Assembly: GCA_050506795.1 (NCBI GenBank)
Contig: JBJHCF010000037.1
Coordinates: 1 to 55,388, forward strand
DNA length: 55,388 bases
Source: Opitutia bacterium
Lineage (GTDB): Bacteria > Verrucomicrobiota > Verrucomicrobiia > Opitutales > T3Sed10-336
Direction of reading: 5' to 3'
Shown here: positions 8,580 through 18,097 of the stretch, piece by piece
Position numbering within the stretch: the stretch's first letter is position 1
Layout: every line of letters begins with the position of its first letter
Made by a program: the position numbers and the translations under genes
Notes under the pieces: generated by a model
What the model saw: only the letters and a program-made list of their open reading frames with translations
What the model was told of the DNA's origin: nothing
Database searches by the model: none

Positions 8580-10148
8580 ATGGCTAAGCTGTCACGCTGG
8601 TGGTCGACCGAAGAATCGCGCGCCGAACGGGTTCTCGCCGATCTGCGGAAATCTTTCACCGTTGTTTCGCGCGGGAATGAAACCTTGTCGGCGCGCTGCC
8701 TGGAAACCTTCGATTGGCGCCTGCTGCACGAGGGGATCGTGATGCTCGAATTCGGTCGCCCCCGGCGTTTGGCTCTTTGCCGGGTACACGACCGCTCCAT
8801 TCTGACCCAGGTCCGCTTCACCGCCCCGAAAGAAAAATGCTTCTGGCAGGATCTGCCTCCGGGAGAACTGCGCGATCAGGCACGCCGGATCTGCGGGGTG
8901 CGCGCGCTGCTTTCCTGCGGTCGTTTCAAGGAATCACGGGAAACTTTCGATCTGCGGAACAACGATGACAAAACCATCTGCCGCCTCAGTCTCGAAAAGG
9001 CCTCCGCCAATGGCAGGGGGAGTGAAAACAGCTTGACCGGCTTCCGGGTCATTCCGCTCAAAGGATACGAAACCGAAGCCGGCGAAGTCATCGCCCGTCT
9101 GACCGACACCGGATGCCGCCCGCGCGAGTCCTGGACGCATCCCGCCATGGTGGCGTTCGCTTCGGCCGGACGCGAAGCGTTCGACTATTCCTCCAAGACC
9201 GATCTGACTCTCCCGCCGGGGGTCACCGCGGCCGACGCCTGCCGACGCATTCACCTGAGCTCCCTCGACGTCGCGGAGCGCAACCTCCCGGGTTTGCTCG
9301 CCGACCTGGATACGGAGTTCCTGCATGACTTTCGCGTGGCCCTTCGCCGCAGCCGCTCCGCCCTCCAACTGGTTAAAGGCGTTTTCCCTTCGCCGGTGGA
9401 AAAACGTTATCTTAAAAAACTCGCTTCCCTGCAAAAGGCCACCAACCGCCTGCGCGATCTCGACGTCCATCTGATCGAACGCGAATCGCTCGAAACCCTG
9501 CTGCCGCCGGAACTCCATGAGGGATTGTCCGGGCTGTTCGAACAGATTGCCCGCGAACGCCAACGGGCGTTCACTCAATGTCGCAAACACCTGGAACGCC
9601 CCAAAACCCGGGCCATTCTGAAAGAATGGCGTGAGTTCCTGGAAAAGCAGCCCTACGGCAAAGCCCCCCTGGCGGGCAAACCGGCCGTCAAGGTGGGCCG
9701 CCGCCTGCTGCGCAAACGCTTTATGCGCATCCTGCGCGACGGACGGGCCATCATACCGGATTCACCCGACCAGGCCCTGCACCGGTTGCGCCTTCAGTGC
9801 AAAAAACTGCGCTACCTGCTCGAGTTTTTCGGCAGCCTGTTTCCTCCCGAGGACACCGCTTTTCTGGTTCGTCGGTTTCGCAAACTTCAGAATATTCTCG
9901 GCCGCTTCAACGACCTCTGCAACCAGGAAGCCTGGGCGCGGCGACGCCTGGAAGCGGCCAACGGCAATCAAGGCGCCTCCACCGGGTTGGCCGCCTCGCT
10001 GGGCGGACTGCTGTCCGAACTCGCCCGAGCCCGACGAACCGAACGGGCTCGATTCGGTCGCGCCTTCGCCCGCCTGGACACTCCAGAGATGCGACACAAG
10101 GCGGATCAGTTGTTCGGGGCAAAAAAGCCGAAGAAAGGTCGCCTATGA
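8580..10148 (+). CDS. CHAD domain protein (polyphosphate-binding) with N-terminal extension
   Basis: EFLHDFRVALRRSRS, RDLDV, LHRLRLQCKKLRYLLE, LQNILGRFND; very basic. Confidence 0.92.
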   Translation: MAKLSRWWSTEESRAERVLADLRKSFTVVSRGNETLSARCLETFDWRLLHEGIVMLEFGRPRRLALCRVHDRSILTQVRFTAPKEKCFWQDLPPGELRDQARRICGVRALLSCGRFKESRETFDLRNNDDKTICRLSLEKASANGRGSENSLTGFRVIPLKGYETEAGEVIARLTDTGCRPRESWTHPAMVAFASAGREAFDYSSKTDLTLPPGVTAADACRRIHLSSLDVAERNLPGLLADLDTEFLHDFRVALRRSRSALQLVKGVFPSPVEKRYLKKLASLQKATNRLRDLDVHLIERESLETLLPPELHEGLSGLFEQIARERQRAFTQCRKHLERPKTRAILKEWREFLEKQPYGKAPLAGKPAVKVGRRLLRKRFMRILRDGRAIIPDSPDQALHRLRLQCKKLRYLLEFFGSLFPPEDTAFLVRRFRKLQNILGRFNDLCNQEAWARRRLEAANGNQGASTGLAASLGGLLSELARARRTERARFGRAFARLDTPEMRHKADQLFGAKKPKKGRL

Positions 10149-10894
10149 AAACGATCGCCCTGTACAGCATTAAAGGTGGGGTCGGCAAAACCGCTGCCGC
10201 CGTCAATCTGGCCCACTTCGCCGCCGGCGAGGGCCGGCGCACACTCCTGTGCGATCTCGATCCCCAGGCTGCCGCCACATTCTACCTGCGGGTGCGAGCG
10301 GGAAAGGAACACGGCGCCAAGCAGCTGATAAAAGGCGGACGTCGCCTCGACCGGCAAATCCGGGAGTCCGATTATCCCGGATTAGATGTCCTGCCCGCCA
10401 AGCTGAGTTTTCGCAACCTCGACCTTAAACTCGACGCAAGCAAACGTTCGCGTCGCCGCCTGGCGGAGTCCCTGAAGGAGTTCTCCGGCGAATACGATCT
10501 GGTGATCATCGACGCGCCGCCCAACATCACTCTGCTCTCGGAAAACATCATCGCCGCCAGCGATCTCATTCTCTCTCCGGTCATCCCCACCACCCTTTCT
10601 CTGCGCACATGGACCCAGCTCCGCGATTTCCTCGCTCGGGAGAACCAACCCGATCCCCCAATGTACGCATTCTTTTCCATGGCCGAAAGGCGGAAGAAAC
10701 TGCAGTCTCGCATTATGGCCGATACCCGTGACACCGATCCCCGCTTTCTCAACACCCCCATACCCATGGCGGCCGCCGTCGAACGCATGGGACAGGAACG
10801 CGCTCCCTTGCCGGCCTATGATCGACGCTCCCCCGCCACCCGCGCCTTCCGCGACCTGTGGACCGAAGTCAACGGCCTGCTTGCTGATCATTGA
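10145..10894 (+). CDS. ParA/Soj/MinD-family ATPase (orphan)
   Basis: Deviant Walker A KGGVGKT, DLDPQ, IIDAPP; ATGA overlap with the CHAD stop. Confidence 0.93.
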   Translation: MKTIALYSIKGGVGKTAAAVNLAHFAAGEGRRTLLCDLDPQAAATFYLRVRAGKEHGAKQLIKGGRRLDRQIRESDYPGLDVLPAKLSFRNLDLKLDASKRSRRRLAESLKEFSGEYDLVIIDAPPNITLLSENIIAASDLILSPVIPTTLSLRTWTQLRDFLARENQPDPPMYAFFSMAERRKKLQSRIMADTRDTDPRFLNTPIPMAAAVERMGQERAPLPAYDRRSPATRAFRDLWTEVNGLLADH

Positions 10895-10904
10895 GCCATT
10901 CAGG

Positions 10905-11207
10905 CTAGAGTTTTCCTTCAACGGATTCGACGCTTTTCTCAATTCCTCCGCCGTTACCGGATCGAATGTCAACCCGTATCGCCGCACTCACGCGAGGCGA
11001 ATCTTTGCGGACTTCGTCAAGGCACTTTTTGATCAGCTCAAAGCACTCGTCGAGATCGCCCTCAAGGATCGTTCCCATCGCGTGCAATTCGTTCTTGATG
11101 CCTGATTCGCGCACCAAGCGTGTACACTTGGCAACATGGTCGCTGAGGTGCTCTCCGCTTCCTACCGGAACTATGCTGAATTCGATTAACGATTTTTGTC
11201 CCTTCAT
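10905..11207 (-). CDS. MTH1187/YkoF-like thiamine-binding family protein
   Basis: EFSIVPVG..LSDHVA..LHAMGTILEG..RVS..DIR..KSVESV. Confidence 0.88.
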   Translation of the reverse strand: MKGQKSLIEFSIVPVGSGEHLSDHVAKCTRLVRESGIKNELHAMGTILEGDLDECFELIKKCLDEVRKDSPRVSAAIRVDIRSGNGGGIEKSVESVEGKL

Positions 11208-11323
11208 GACTCCGAGCATACTTCCGTCCCCCCGTGGCAGTCAATACCGGCGGCCAATCAGAAGGACGGGACCTTCGACCCGCTCAGGGCAGGTCGGGGG
11301 ACTATGGGTGTGGGGCGCACTTA

Positions 11324-11935
11324 TCAGGGTACCAGCGTTTCCGCCGGTGCGAAGTGTACACCTTTTGCTTGGAGTTCGTTCTTGGTTTTCTCGAAAGCGT
11401 CCTGGGACAACGCACGGGTGCAGTCCTCCATCACCGCCACGCGGAATCCCTGTTCGGCGGCGTCTCGGGCGGTGTAGGCGACACAGACTTCGGCCGCCAA
11501 CCCGGCAATGTGCACAGTGTCAACCCCCATGGCCCGGAGCCATTCCGCCAGACCGGTTTTATGACGACGTCCGTTGTCGAAAAAGGCCGAGTAACTGTCG
11601 ACTTTGGGATCGGAGCCTTTACGAAAAATCGCCGAGACGGGGTTGAGATTCAACTCCTCCGGAAATTCCGCTCCGTCGGTGCCCTGGATACAGTGATCCG
11701 GCCAAAGGGTCTGCTCGAGGCCATCGAGTTCGATGACCTCCATCGGTTCGCGACCCCGGTGACTTGAGGCGAAACTGAGGTGCCCGGGCGGATGCCAGTC
11801 CTGGGTCAGCGTCACCAAAGGGTAATGTTCGATGCAACGATTGATCACCGGAAGGATACGGTCCCCCTCGGCTACCGGAAGGCTGCCTCCAGGCATGAAG
11901 TCTCGTTGCACATCCACGAGTATCAGTGCATTCAT
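11324..11935 (-). CDS. pncA: Nicotinamidase/pyrazinamidase
   Basis: VDVQRDF, QDWHP, WPDHC, DSYSAF, GLAAEVCV. Confidence 0.95.
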   Translation of the reverse strand: MNALILVDVQRDFMPGGSLPVAEGDRILPVINRCIEHYPLVTLTQDWHPPGHLSFASSHRGREPMEVIELDGLEQTLWPDHCIQGTDGAEFPEELNLNPVSAIFRKGSDPKVDSYSAFFDNGRRHKTGLAEWLRAMGVDTVHIAGLAAEVCVAYTARDAAEQGFRVAVMEDCTRALSQDAFEKTKNELQAKGVHFAPAETLVP

Positions 11936-13350
11936 GATTCCATCGTCTTTCTGTTTTGATTCATCCAGTCATCACGCATATCCCGCAACCGCAGGCTGAG
12001 ACCGACTTTGTAGAGATGAGGATTCTCCAGTCGCTGGTGTTCGGCGGGCAAGGTGGCCAGCGCCTCCCGCGCGTATTTCGCGGACTCCGCGACCGGGACC
12101 GGGTCGGCTACCGGAGCCCCCTCCCGCCACACCTCGCCCAACAGTGGACGGTGCTCGAACCCGGCCAGATTCAGAGAGCTGTGGGTTTCGTGAGGGTGCC
12201 ACATGCAATCGGGAGGCTCCTCGTCAGCCAGATGGATCGCATCGGCCACCATCATGCGGTCGGCATCGTAGTACCGGCTCACCGCCTTCCGTCCGGGAAA
12301 GGTCGCCTTGACAACGGTCTCCGACGTTTTCATGCGCGGCTTTCCGCCCGCCTCCGCCAGCTTGTAAACCCCGTCGAGGGCGGCGTCCGGTTGGCCGGTG
12401 GCCAGGCTTGTGCCCACCCCGAAAGCATCGATCGGCGCCTCCTGCCGAAGGAGCGATTGAATAACGTATTCGTCGAGCTGATTCGACGCGAAGATCGCCA
12501 CCGTCTCCAGTTCGGCCTCGTCCAACGCCCGGCGCACCCGCCGCGACAGATATGCCAGATCGCCGCTGTCCAGGCGAACCCCCATCAGCGCCTCGCCGCG
12601 CTCGCGCATCTCCCCGGCCACCCGTATGGCATTGGGAAGACCGGAACGCAGGGTGTCGTATGTATCCAGCAGAAGAACGGTGGCATTGCCGTGCGCCTCG
12701 GCGAAGCGCCGAAACGCGGTCAGTTCATCGTCGTACGACTGCACGAAGGAGTGCGCCATAGTTCCGGCCGCCCGCAGGTTCCAAGCCCTGGCGGCCGACA
12801 TGTTGGAAGTGGTATCGAAACCTCCGATACAAGCCGCCCGGCTGGCCCAGAGCCCGCCCAATCCCTGGGCGCGACGCAAGCCGAACTCGCTCAGACTCCG
12901 CTCTCCCGCGCTGCGCCGGCAACGCGCGGCTTTGGTGGCAATCAGCGAGTGGAAGTTCAAAACGTTCAGGATCAGAGTCTCGATGATCTGGGTCTCCAGC
13001 AATCCGCCCTCAACCCGCACCACGGTTTCAAGCGGGAACACCACCTCGCCCTCGGGCGGCGCAAACACCGCGCCGCGAAATCGAAACGACGCCAGGAATT
13101 CCAGAAAATCCCCGGGAAACCCATCCTTCTCAAGAAACGCCACCTCGTCCTCTGAGAACCGATACCACCGCAGCGCGTCAAACAAGGGATCCAGGCCCGC
13201 AAATACGGCATACCCTCCGGCAAAAGGCGCCTTGCGGAAAAAAGTGTCAAACACCGCCGGTTCCCCGGCCCGCCCCGCGCGCCAGTACGCCAGGGCCATC
13301 GTCAGTTCATACCGGTCGGTGTACAGGCCGCTCAACAACCGCTCGTCCAT
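11932..13350 (-). CDS. pncB: Nicotinate phosphoribosyltransferase
   Basis: TDRYELTM, EFGLRRAQG, GTMAHS, LDTYD, RLDSGD, GVYKL; ATGA overlap with pncA. Confidence 0.96.
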   Translation of the reverse strand: MDERLLSGLYTDRYELTMALAYWRAGRAGEPAVFDTFFRKAPFAGGYAVFAGLDPLFDALRWYRFSEDEVAFLEKDGFPGDFLEFLASFRFRGAVFAPPEGEVVFPLETVVRVEGGLLETQIIETLILNVLNFHSLIATKAARCRRSAGERSLSEFGLRRAQGLGGLWASRAACIGGFDTTSNMSAARAWNLRAAGTMAHSFVQSYDDELTAFRRFAEAHGNATVLLLDTYDTLRSGLPNAIRVAGEMRERGEALMGVRLDSGDLAYLSRRVRRALDEAELETVAIFASNQLDEYVIQSLLRQEAPIDAFGVGTSLATGQPDAALDGVYKLAEAGGKPRMKTSETVVKATFPGRKAVSRYYDADRMMVADAIHLADEEPPDCMWHPHETHSSLNLAGFEHRPLLGEVWREGAPVADPVPVAESAKYAREALATLPAEHQRLENPHLYKVGLSLRLRDMRDDWMNQNRKTMES

Positions 13351-13491
13351 GGTTTTATAATAACGCCCCAGACCCGAGACACAAGCCTGTATCCCGATCG
13401 GTCTGGAGGTTCCCTCGACACCGGAGTTCGACAACAGGCAGGTAAAGGATAACGTGGTAGGAGAAACGCACGCAACGGTTCCGCAACCGCC

Positions 13492-13941
13492 ATGGAGAGA
13501 TCACAGTCACAAAATCGACCGGCAACCCACAACCCGACCGCCCTGTTCGTCTACGGAACGCTAAGGCGCGGATTCGACAACCCCTTCGCCCGGCGTCTGC
13601 GACGCGAAGCCGAATTTCTTTCCCCCGCCACCCTGCCCGGCGCCTTCCTGGTCGACCTGGGCGCCTATCCTGGGATGCTGCGCGGAAACAACAGCGCGCG
13701 CGCGGTGGCCGGCGACCTCTTTCGACTTCCGGCCAACCCCGCGCCGCTTCTGGCTGCCCTCGACGCCTACGAAGGGTGTTCCGACGATCCTTCGCGACCC
13801 GGTGAATACGTCCGGGAGACCGCCCGCGTCATCCCGGACCAGGGTCCCGCGCTCACCGCCTGGATCTACTTGTTCAATCGCGATACTACCGGCCTGCCCG
13901 TTGTGCCCAACGGCGACTACCTCGCCTACGCCACGGAGTGA
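13492..13941 (+). CDS. Gamma-glutamylcyclotransferase family protein
   Basis: LFVYGTLRRG, YPG, LDAYEG, AWIY. Confidence 0.9.
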   Translation: MERSQSQNRPATHNPTALFVYGTLRRGFDNPFARRLRREAEFLSPATLPGAFLVDLGAYPGMLRGNNSARAVAGDLFRLPANPAPLLAALDAYEGCSDDPSRPGEYVRETARVIPDQGPALTAWIYLFNRDTTGLPVVPNGDYLAYATE

Positions 13942-14052
13942 GCCCCCCCGCTTGCGCACTGTCGTGACACCGCAGTCCAGGCCTGGAGTCTCGACCGGCC
14001 GCCGCGGGACGATGCTCTTGACTATATCTGATATCGGCATATGATAACAACA

Positions 14053-14277
14053 ATGAGAACGATCGTCGATATTCCCCCGGAAATACTGACAGAGTTGGAT
14101 CGACTCCGTAATGAAACCCACCGCTCGCGCGCGGCGTTGATCCGCGAGGCGCTGGCCGAATACACCGCCAGCAGACAGGCGGCGCCAATGGAGCAGGCGT
14201 TCGGACTATGGAAAACACGCGGAGAGTCGGGCATGGCTTACCAAAAGAAAATGCGGGGTGAGTGGGAGGGTCGATGA
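14053..14277 (+). CDS. vapB: Ribbon-helix-helix (CopG-like) antitoxin
   Basis: MRTIVDIP..LDRL..SRAALIREAL..AFGLWK; directly upstream of a PIN gene. Confidence 0.85.
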   Translation: MRTIVDIPPEILTELDRLRNETHRSRAALIREALAEYTASRQAAPMEQAFGLWKTRGESGMAYQKKMRGEWEGR

Positions 14278-14639
14278 AAGCGGTGATCGATACCTGCATC
14301 CTGGTCGACTACCTCAATGGAATCGCCGAGGGCGCCCGAGAGTTGGGATTGTACCAGGAGAAGATCATCAGTATCATCACCTACATAGAGATTCTGGTCG
14401 GCGCCCGGAATGAGAAGGACGAGCATCTCTTACGGGCGTTTCTCGCCTCCTTCCATATACGCACCCTTTCTCCGGATATAGCCGACCTCGCAGTCAGATT
14501 GCGCAGGCAACACCGTTTGAAGGTTCCTGATGCCGTAGTTTACGCCACCGCGCGCCGGGAAGGCTGCAATCTGGTTTCAAGAAACACCAAAGATTTCAGC
14601 TCCGATTGGCCTGACGTTCGCGTCCCGTACCACGCTTAA
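14274..14639 (+). CDS. vapC: PIN-domain VapC toxin
   Basis: IDTCILVDY, EILVG, PDAVVYATA, SRNTKDF; ATGA overlap. Confidence 0.92.
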   Translation: MKAVIDTCILVDYLNGIAEGARELGLYQEKIISIITYIEILVGARNEKDEHLLRAFLASFHIRTLSPDIADLAVRLRRQHRLKVPDAVVYATARREGCNLVSRNTKDFSSDWPDVRVPYHA

Positions 14640-14663
14640 ACCGAGAATCAGGCACCTAACCCG

Positions 14664-14843
14664 AATGGCACTCGGTTAAGGTGGTGGATCGAAGGAGCAT
14701 AGCTTAATAGGATCGTCCGGGCACACGAGCGCGGGCAACCTGCCCGCACCGGCGGCGCGGGAGCGCCGCCCTCCAGGAAGCAAAGGAGCGATTCCGATTT
14801 CGATTCGGTTTCTCAAACGATGAACCGCCTTAACCGTGCCATT
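14664..14843. mobile_element. MITE-like element A, complete copy
   Basis: Terminal inverted repeats aatggcactcggttaagg / ccttaaccgtgccatt with internal REP. Confidence 0.75.
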
Positions 14844-14861
14844 GCTGCGAGTTGGTCGCCG

Positions 14862-15182
14862 TCAGCGCTGGAACAGCCGCTGCAGCCAATTGGGCTCCGG
14901 ACGGGACTGATCTTCGATGACGTCCCAGCGCTCCACGGTCGATGAGCGCAGGCGATGGTTCACTCGTACGATGGCAAAATCCTCGTAGGGCAGGCGGAAA
15001 CGGATTTCCTCCTGCGAGCGGTTACCCTGGCAAACAATCACAAACGGCCCTGTTTCGGAATTCGGAGGTTCGAGCTTCTGCAACACGACGTACTCCGTAT
15101 CCGGTTGATTCAGGTAGAAATACGACCCGATACCCGCGATGGCCAACACCACCCACAGGCCATTCTTCAGATAATCAATCAC
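14862..15182 (-). CDS. Small membrane-anchored hypothetical protein
   Basis: One N-terminal TM helix (LWVVLAIAGIGSYFYL); GTG start inferred. Confidence 0.6.
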   Translation of the reverse strand: MIDYLKNGLWVVLAIAGIGSYFYLNQPDTEYVVLQKLEPPNSETGPFVIVCQGNRSQEEIRFRLPYEDFAIVRVNHRLRSSTVERWDVIEDQSRPEPNWLQRLFQR

Positions 15183-15328
15183 AACGTTTTTCGCGGCCGT
15201 TTGTCCCCCAGTTAAACTATAGAATATCACTTTCCCGGAAATGGCGAACCGTTCTCGCGGCAATCCGTCAGATCGTCCGGCCGGAGTGCCCCTATACGTT
15301 GAAAGAATGTCGCTCCCGCCGGTCGATT

Positions 15329-18031
15329 TTATCGCTCTTCGATGGCCAGCACGCCCCGGCCTTCCACCGTGACATTGACGCCCCGATCATCGGGATCAAA
15401 TTCCGCCCGCGCCGGTTCCCCGTTCCAGGTAATCGTTTTCGGCTTCCCGGACAGTCGAACCAGGCGCACCGTGTAGGACTCCCCTGGCCAGCCCTCGATC
15501 TCAAAACGCAGCACACCGCTCTCATGCTCCACCAAGGAGATACCGCCGGGCACAAAGGCGAGCACGCCGTCATCCGTCACCCGGACACTCCGGAACCAGG
15601 GGGTGAGTCCGTACAATTCCGCCAGGTGGGTCTGCACCGTGCCGGGCGAAATGGCCGGGCCGTCGAGGACTTGGTGCTCCAACAGGGTGAAGTCCGCCAG
15701 CAGGCCACGGCGTGCGGGGTCGTCCAGAGGAAACGTCTGCTGCAAACCGCTCGCCGTGATTCCCCGAGCCAAGTGGTCCCAAAACGCCCCGTCACGCTCA
15801 TCAACCAGGGCCAGTTCCTGAAGGGCCGAACGGTACACCAGACCGCACCATTGGACCGGTTGACCGATCCAGTTGGGTGCCGTCCAGTTGGTGGCGCCCA
15901 GGACTGCGATCGTCGCGTAGGGACCGATGGCGCCAACGGTGGGGGCATCCAGGTAAACCAAAGGCACGCCGGTCCAGGCCCAATATCGCGCCTCATCCAG
16001 GTATCCCTCCCTCCCGGACAGTTGAAACCCGAGCACGTAACTTCGCACCATACGGGCCGAAGCCAGGATGTCCGGGGTGTGCAACGGCATCTCCCAGGTT
16101 TGAGCGCCCCGCGGCACGGTGCCGGCATAATGTCCGGCCTGTTTGTCCAGCAAGGCCAGAGCCTCGCCGATCAACGCTTCATCACCGGAAAAGGCCGCCG
16201 CCTCAAGAATCGATTCAATTGCCAGGAAACCATGCCCGTTCGCATGATCCTCCCAATGGGTGCGGCCGTAATCGGTCCCGCCCGGGGGTGGCGCATAGCG
16301 ACGCAACCCCGTTTCGTCGAACTCTCGCAAACCGGCCCGGGCGCCGGCCACGCGCGCCTCGATGTAACGATCGACCCGACCGAATAGAAGCGGCGCCACC
16401 GGCCGGTTCACGTGGGCGATGGCTTCACCGTAATGGGTTTCCGGAGACAAGCGTTCCAGGCCGCGCCGGGCGCCGGCGCGCAGGCGGTCGGCCAAAGCCG
16501 CATCGTCGGTGTGTTCGGCCAGCCAGAGCATTTGCGCCGGGGCTTCGGCGCTGGTTTGGAACCCAAACCCCGGCCAGACCGCATGACGCCAGAGACCGTT
16601 ATTGTGTCCGTCCGAATCCAGCCAACCCGCCGCCAGCAACCGGATCGCTTCCCGTGTGCCTCCGGCGATTTCCGGAATCTCAGGCAACCCTCCGGAGAGA
16701 GCCACATAGTGCCGGGCCGCCTCGGCCACCGTCGCCCCGTGGCCTCCAAACAGACGGACCGTCAGGGACTCGGAAACATCCGCCTGCAAACGGAGCGGAG
16801 CGATTGGCGTCACCTGGTTCTCCAGGCGATCCTCACCGACCCCGGGATACCAGAGCGCCATCAAGTGCGCCTCACTCCGGTGCAAGCGATCCGGCGAATC
16901 GAACACCGCGGCCGGACCATCCCGGCGGTTCCACGCCAGTCCGAGGTAACGCTCCCGGTGGGCCAGCGCCATGAACGGGGACGTCAGCTTGTAGTCGGCC
17001 ACGATGCGGCGCTCGGCCTGGCTCCGATCGAAGCTTTTCTCACTGCTGCCGGGCTCATTCTCTCCCAGGTACTCCACGCCCGGCAGCAGGGCCTGTGTTT
17101 TGTTTTCCCCGAAGGTGCCAAGCCCGGGAAACAGGGTGATCCAGGGCAGATGAAACACCTCCCGGTCCCGGTCCACCGTCAAGGTGGTTTCCACCTCAAT
17201 TCCGAGGTCCTCGGAATGCGGACTAAAAGACCGCCGGAGATTCCACCGCGCTCCGTGCCGATCGCGAAGTTGGGCCTCCACGGTCAACGCCGCGCCGGTG
17301 CGGTGCAGGGACACCTCGGCCTCGCTCAGCTCCAGAAATGCCGCCTCACCGTCGCTCACGTAGCCAATACGTTCGTTGATCAGACCCTTCGCCATGGGTT
17401 CGTGATGAACGTCAACCGCAAACCCGTTCCAATGCCGGCCATCGTGCCGGACCCGAACCCCCGCCGCCTCGACCGCCTCGGCGTCGGCGGGGACCATGAA
17501 CGGCTCCGGCACCGGCAGAACGTTTTCCGCCAGTGGGGTCAGCGGTTCCGCTTTGATCCACTGGAGGGCGAAACGCCCTTCCCCGGCGGCGGGATCGATC
17601 CGCAAGCGGCTCCCTTCCTCCTGCGGCGGAAGCAACACACGGTATTCATGCCATTCACCATCGGGCTTAACGGAGAAGTCGACTCTTCGGCTGGCATGAA
17701 ACCCCGAGCCGTAAAACACTTCCCCTCCCGGGTCCCCTGTGGACCGCATACGGATTGTCAGGCGCAACATTTTCCCCAATGGCAAATGCTCCGGCGACGG
17801 CCCCTCCACCCAGGGATCGTGGCCCACGCTCTCGAAGACGAGCCCATGCTTCGGGTGCTGATGGAAATTCTCGATGCGGGGATTGCCATGCCATCCGTGG
17901 GCGCCGTCGCGAAAATCGAACAACACGACCTGCCCCGCATGCGCGGAAGCGGCCGTGATTCCCGTCAGGAAAAACACCCAGTGGACGCGCTGAGGACACA
18001 ATCGGTGTAACAGGGATTTCAGGAAGATCAC
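15329..18031 (-). CDS. Large secreted hypothetical protein, possible carbohydrate-active enzyme
   Basis: 900-aa ORF with signal peptide (..ASAHA), CBM-like N-terminal beta region and aromatic-rich helical C-terminal half. Confidence 0.75.
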   Translation of the reverse strand: MIFLKSLLHRLCPQRVHWVFFLTGITAASAHAGQVVLFDFRDGAHGWHGNPRIENFHQHPKHGLVFESVGHDPWVEGPSPEHLPLGKMLRLTIRMRSTGDPGGEVFYGSGFHASRRVDFSVKPDGEWHEYRVLLPPQEEGSRLRIDPAAGEGRFALQWIKAEPLTPLAENVLPVPEPFMVPADAEAVEAAGVRVRHDGRHWNGFAVDVHHEPMAKGLINERIGYVSDGEAAFLELSEAEVSLHRTGAALTVEAQLRDRHGARWNLRRSFSPHSEDLGIEVETTLTVDRDREVFHLPWITLFPGLGTFGENKTQALLPGVEYLGENEPGSSEKSFDRSQAERRIVADYKLTSPFMALAHRERYLGLAWNRRDGPAAVFDSPDRLHRSEAHLMALWYPGVGEDRLENQVTPIAPLRLQADVSESLTVRLFGGHGATVAEAARHYVALSGGLPEIPEIAGGTREAIRLLAAGWLDSDGHNNGLWRHAVWPGFGFQTSAEAPAQMLWLAEHTDDAALADRLRAGARRGLERLSPETHYGEAIAHVNRPVAPLLFGRVDRYIEARVAGARAGLREFDETGLRRYAPPPGGTDYGRTHWEDHANGHGFLAIESILEAAAFSGDEALIGEALALLDKQAGHYAGTVPRGAQTWEMPLHTPDILASARMVRSYVLGFQLSGREGYLDEARYWAWTGVPLVYLDAPTVGAIGPYATIAVLGATNWTAPNWIGQPVQWCGLVYRSALQELALVDERDGAFWDHLARGITASGLQQTFPLDDPARRGLLADFTLLEHQVLDGPAISPGTVQTHLAELYGLTPWFRSVRVTDDGVLAFVPGGISLVEHESGVLRFEIEGWPGESYTVRLVRLSGKPKTITWNGEPARAEFDPDDRGVNVTVEGRGVLAIEER

Positions 18032-18097
18032 TCCTGTTTTTTACGGGCTTCGCCGGCTTCGGCTTCTCAAACGAGCATTTCTCCTGCTCTGCTCCCT

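Noticed and set aside
8573..8587. G-GGA-AAT slippery site linking the mini-ORF to CHAD
   Set aside because: CHAD is in the +1 frame relative to the mini-ORF, so a -1 shift would not join them.
9797..10144. N-terminal extensions of ORF-track calls (ParA here; also dps, dapF, tal and others)
   Set aside because: They overlap neighbouring genes or promoters; downstream ATGs match family N-termini.
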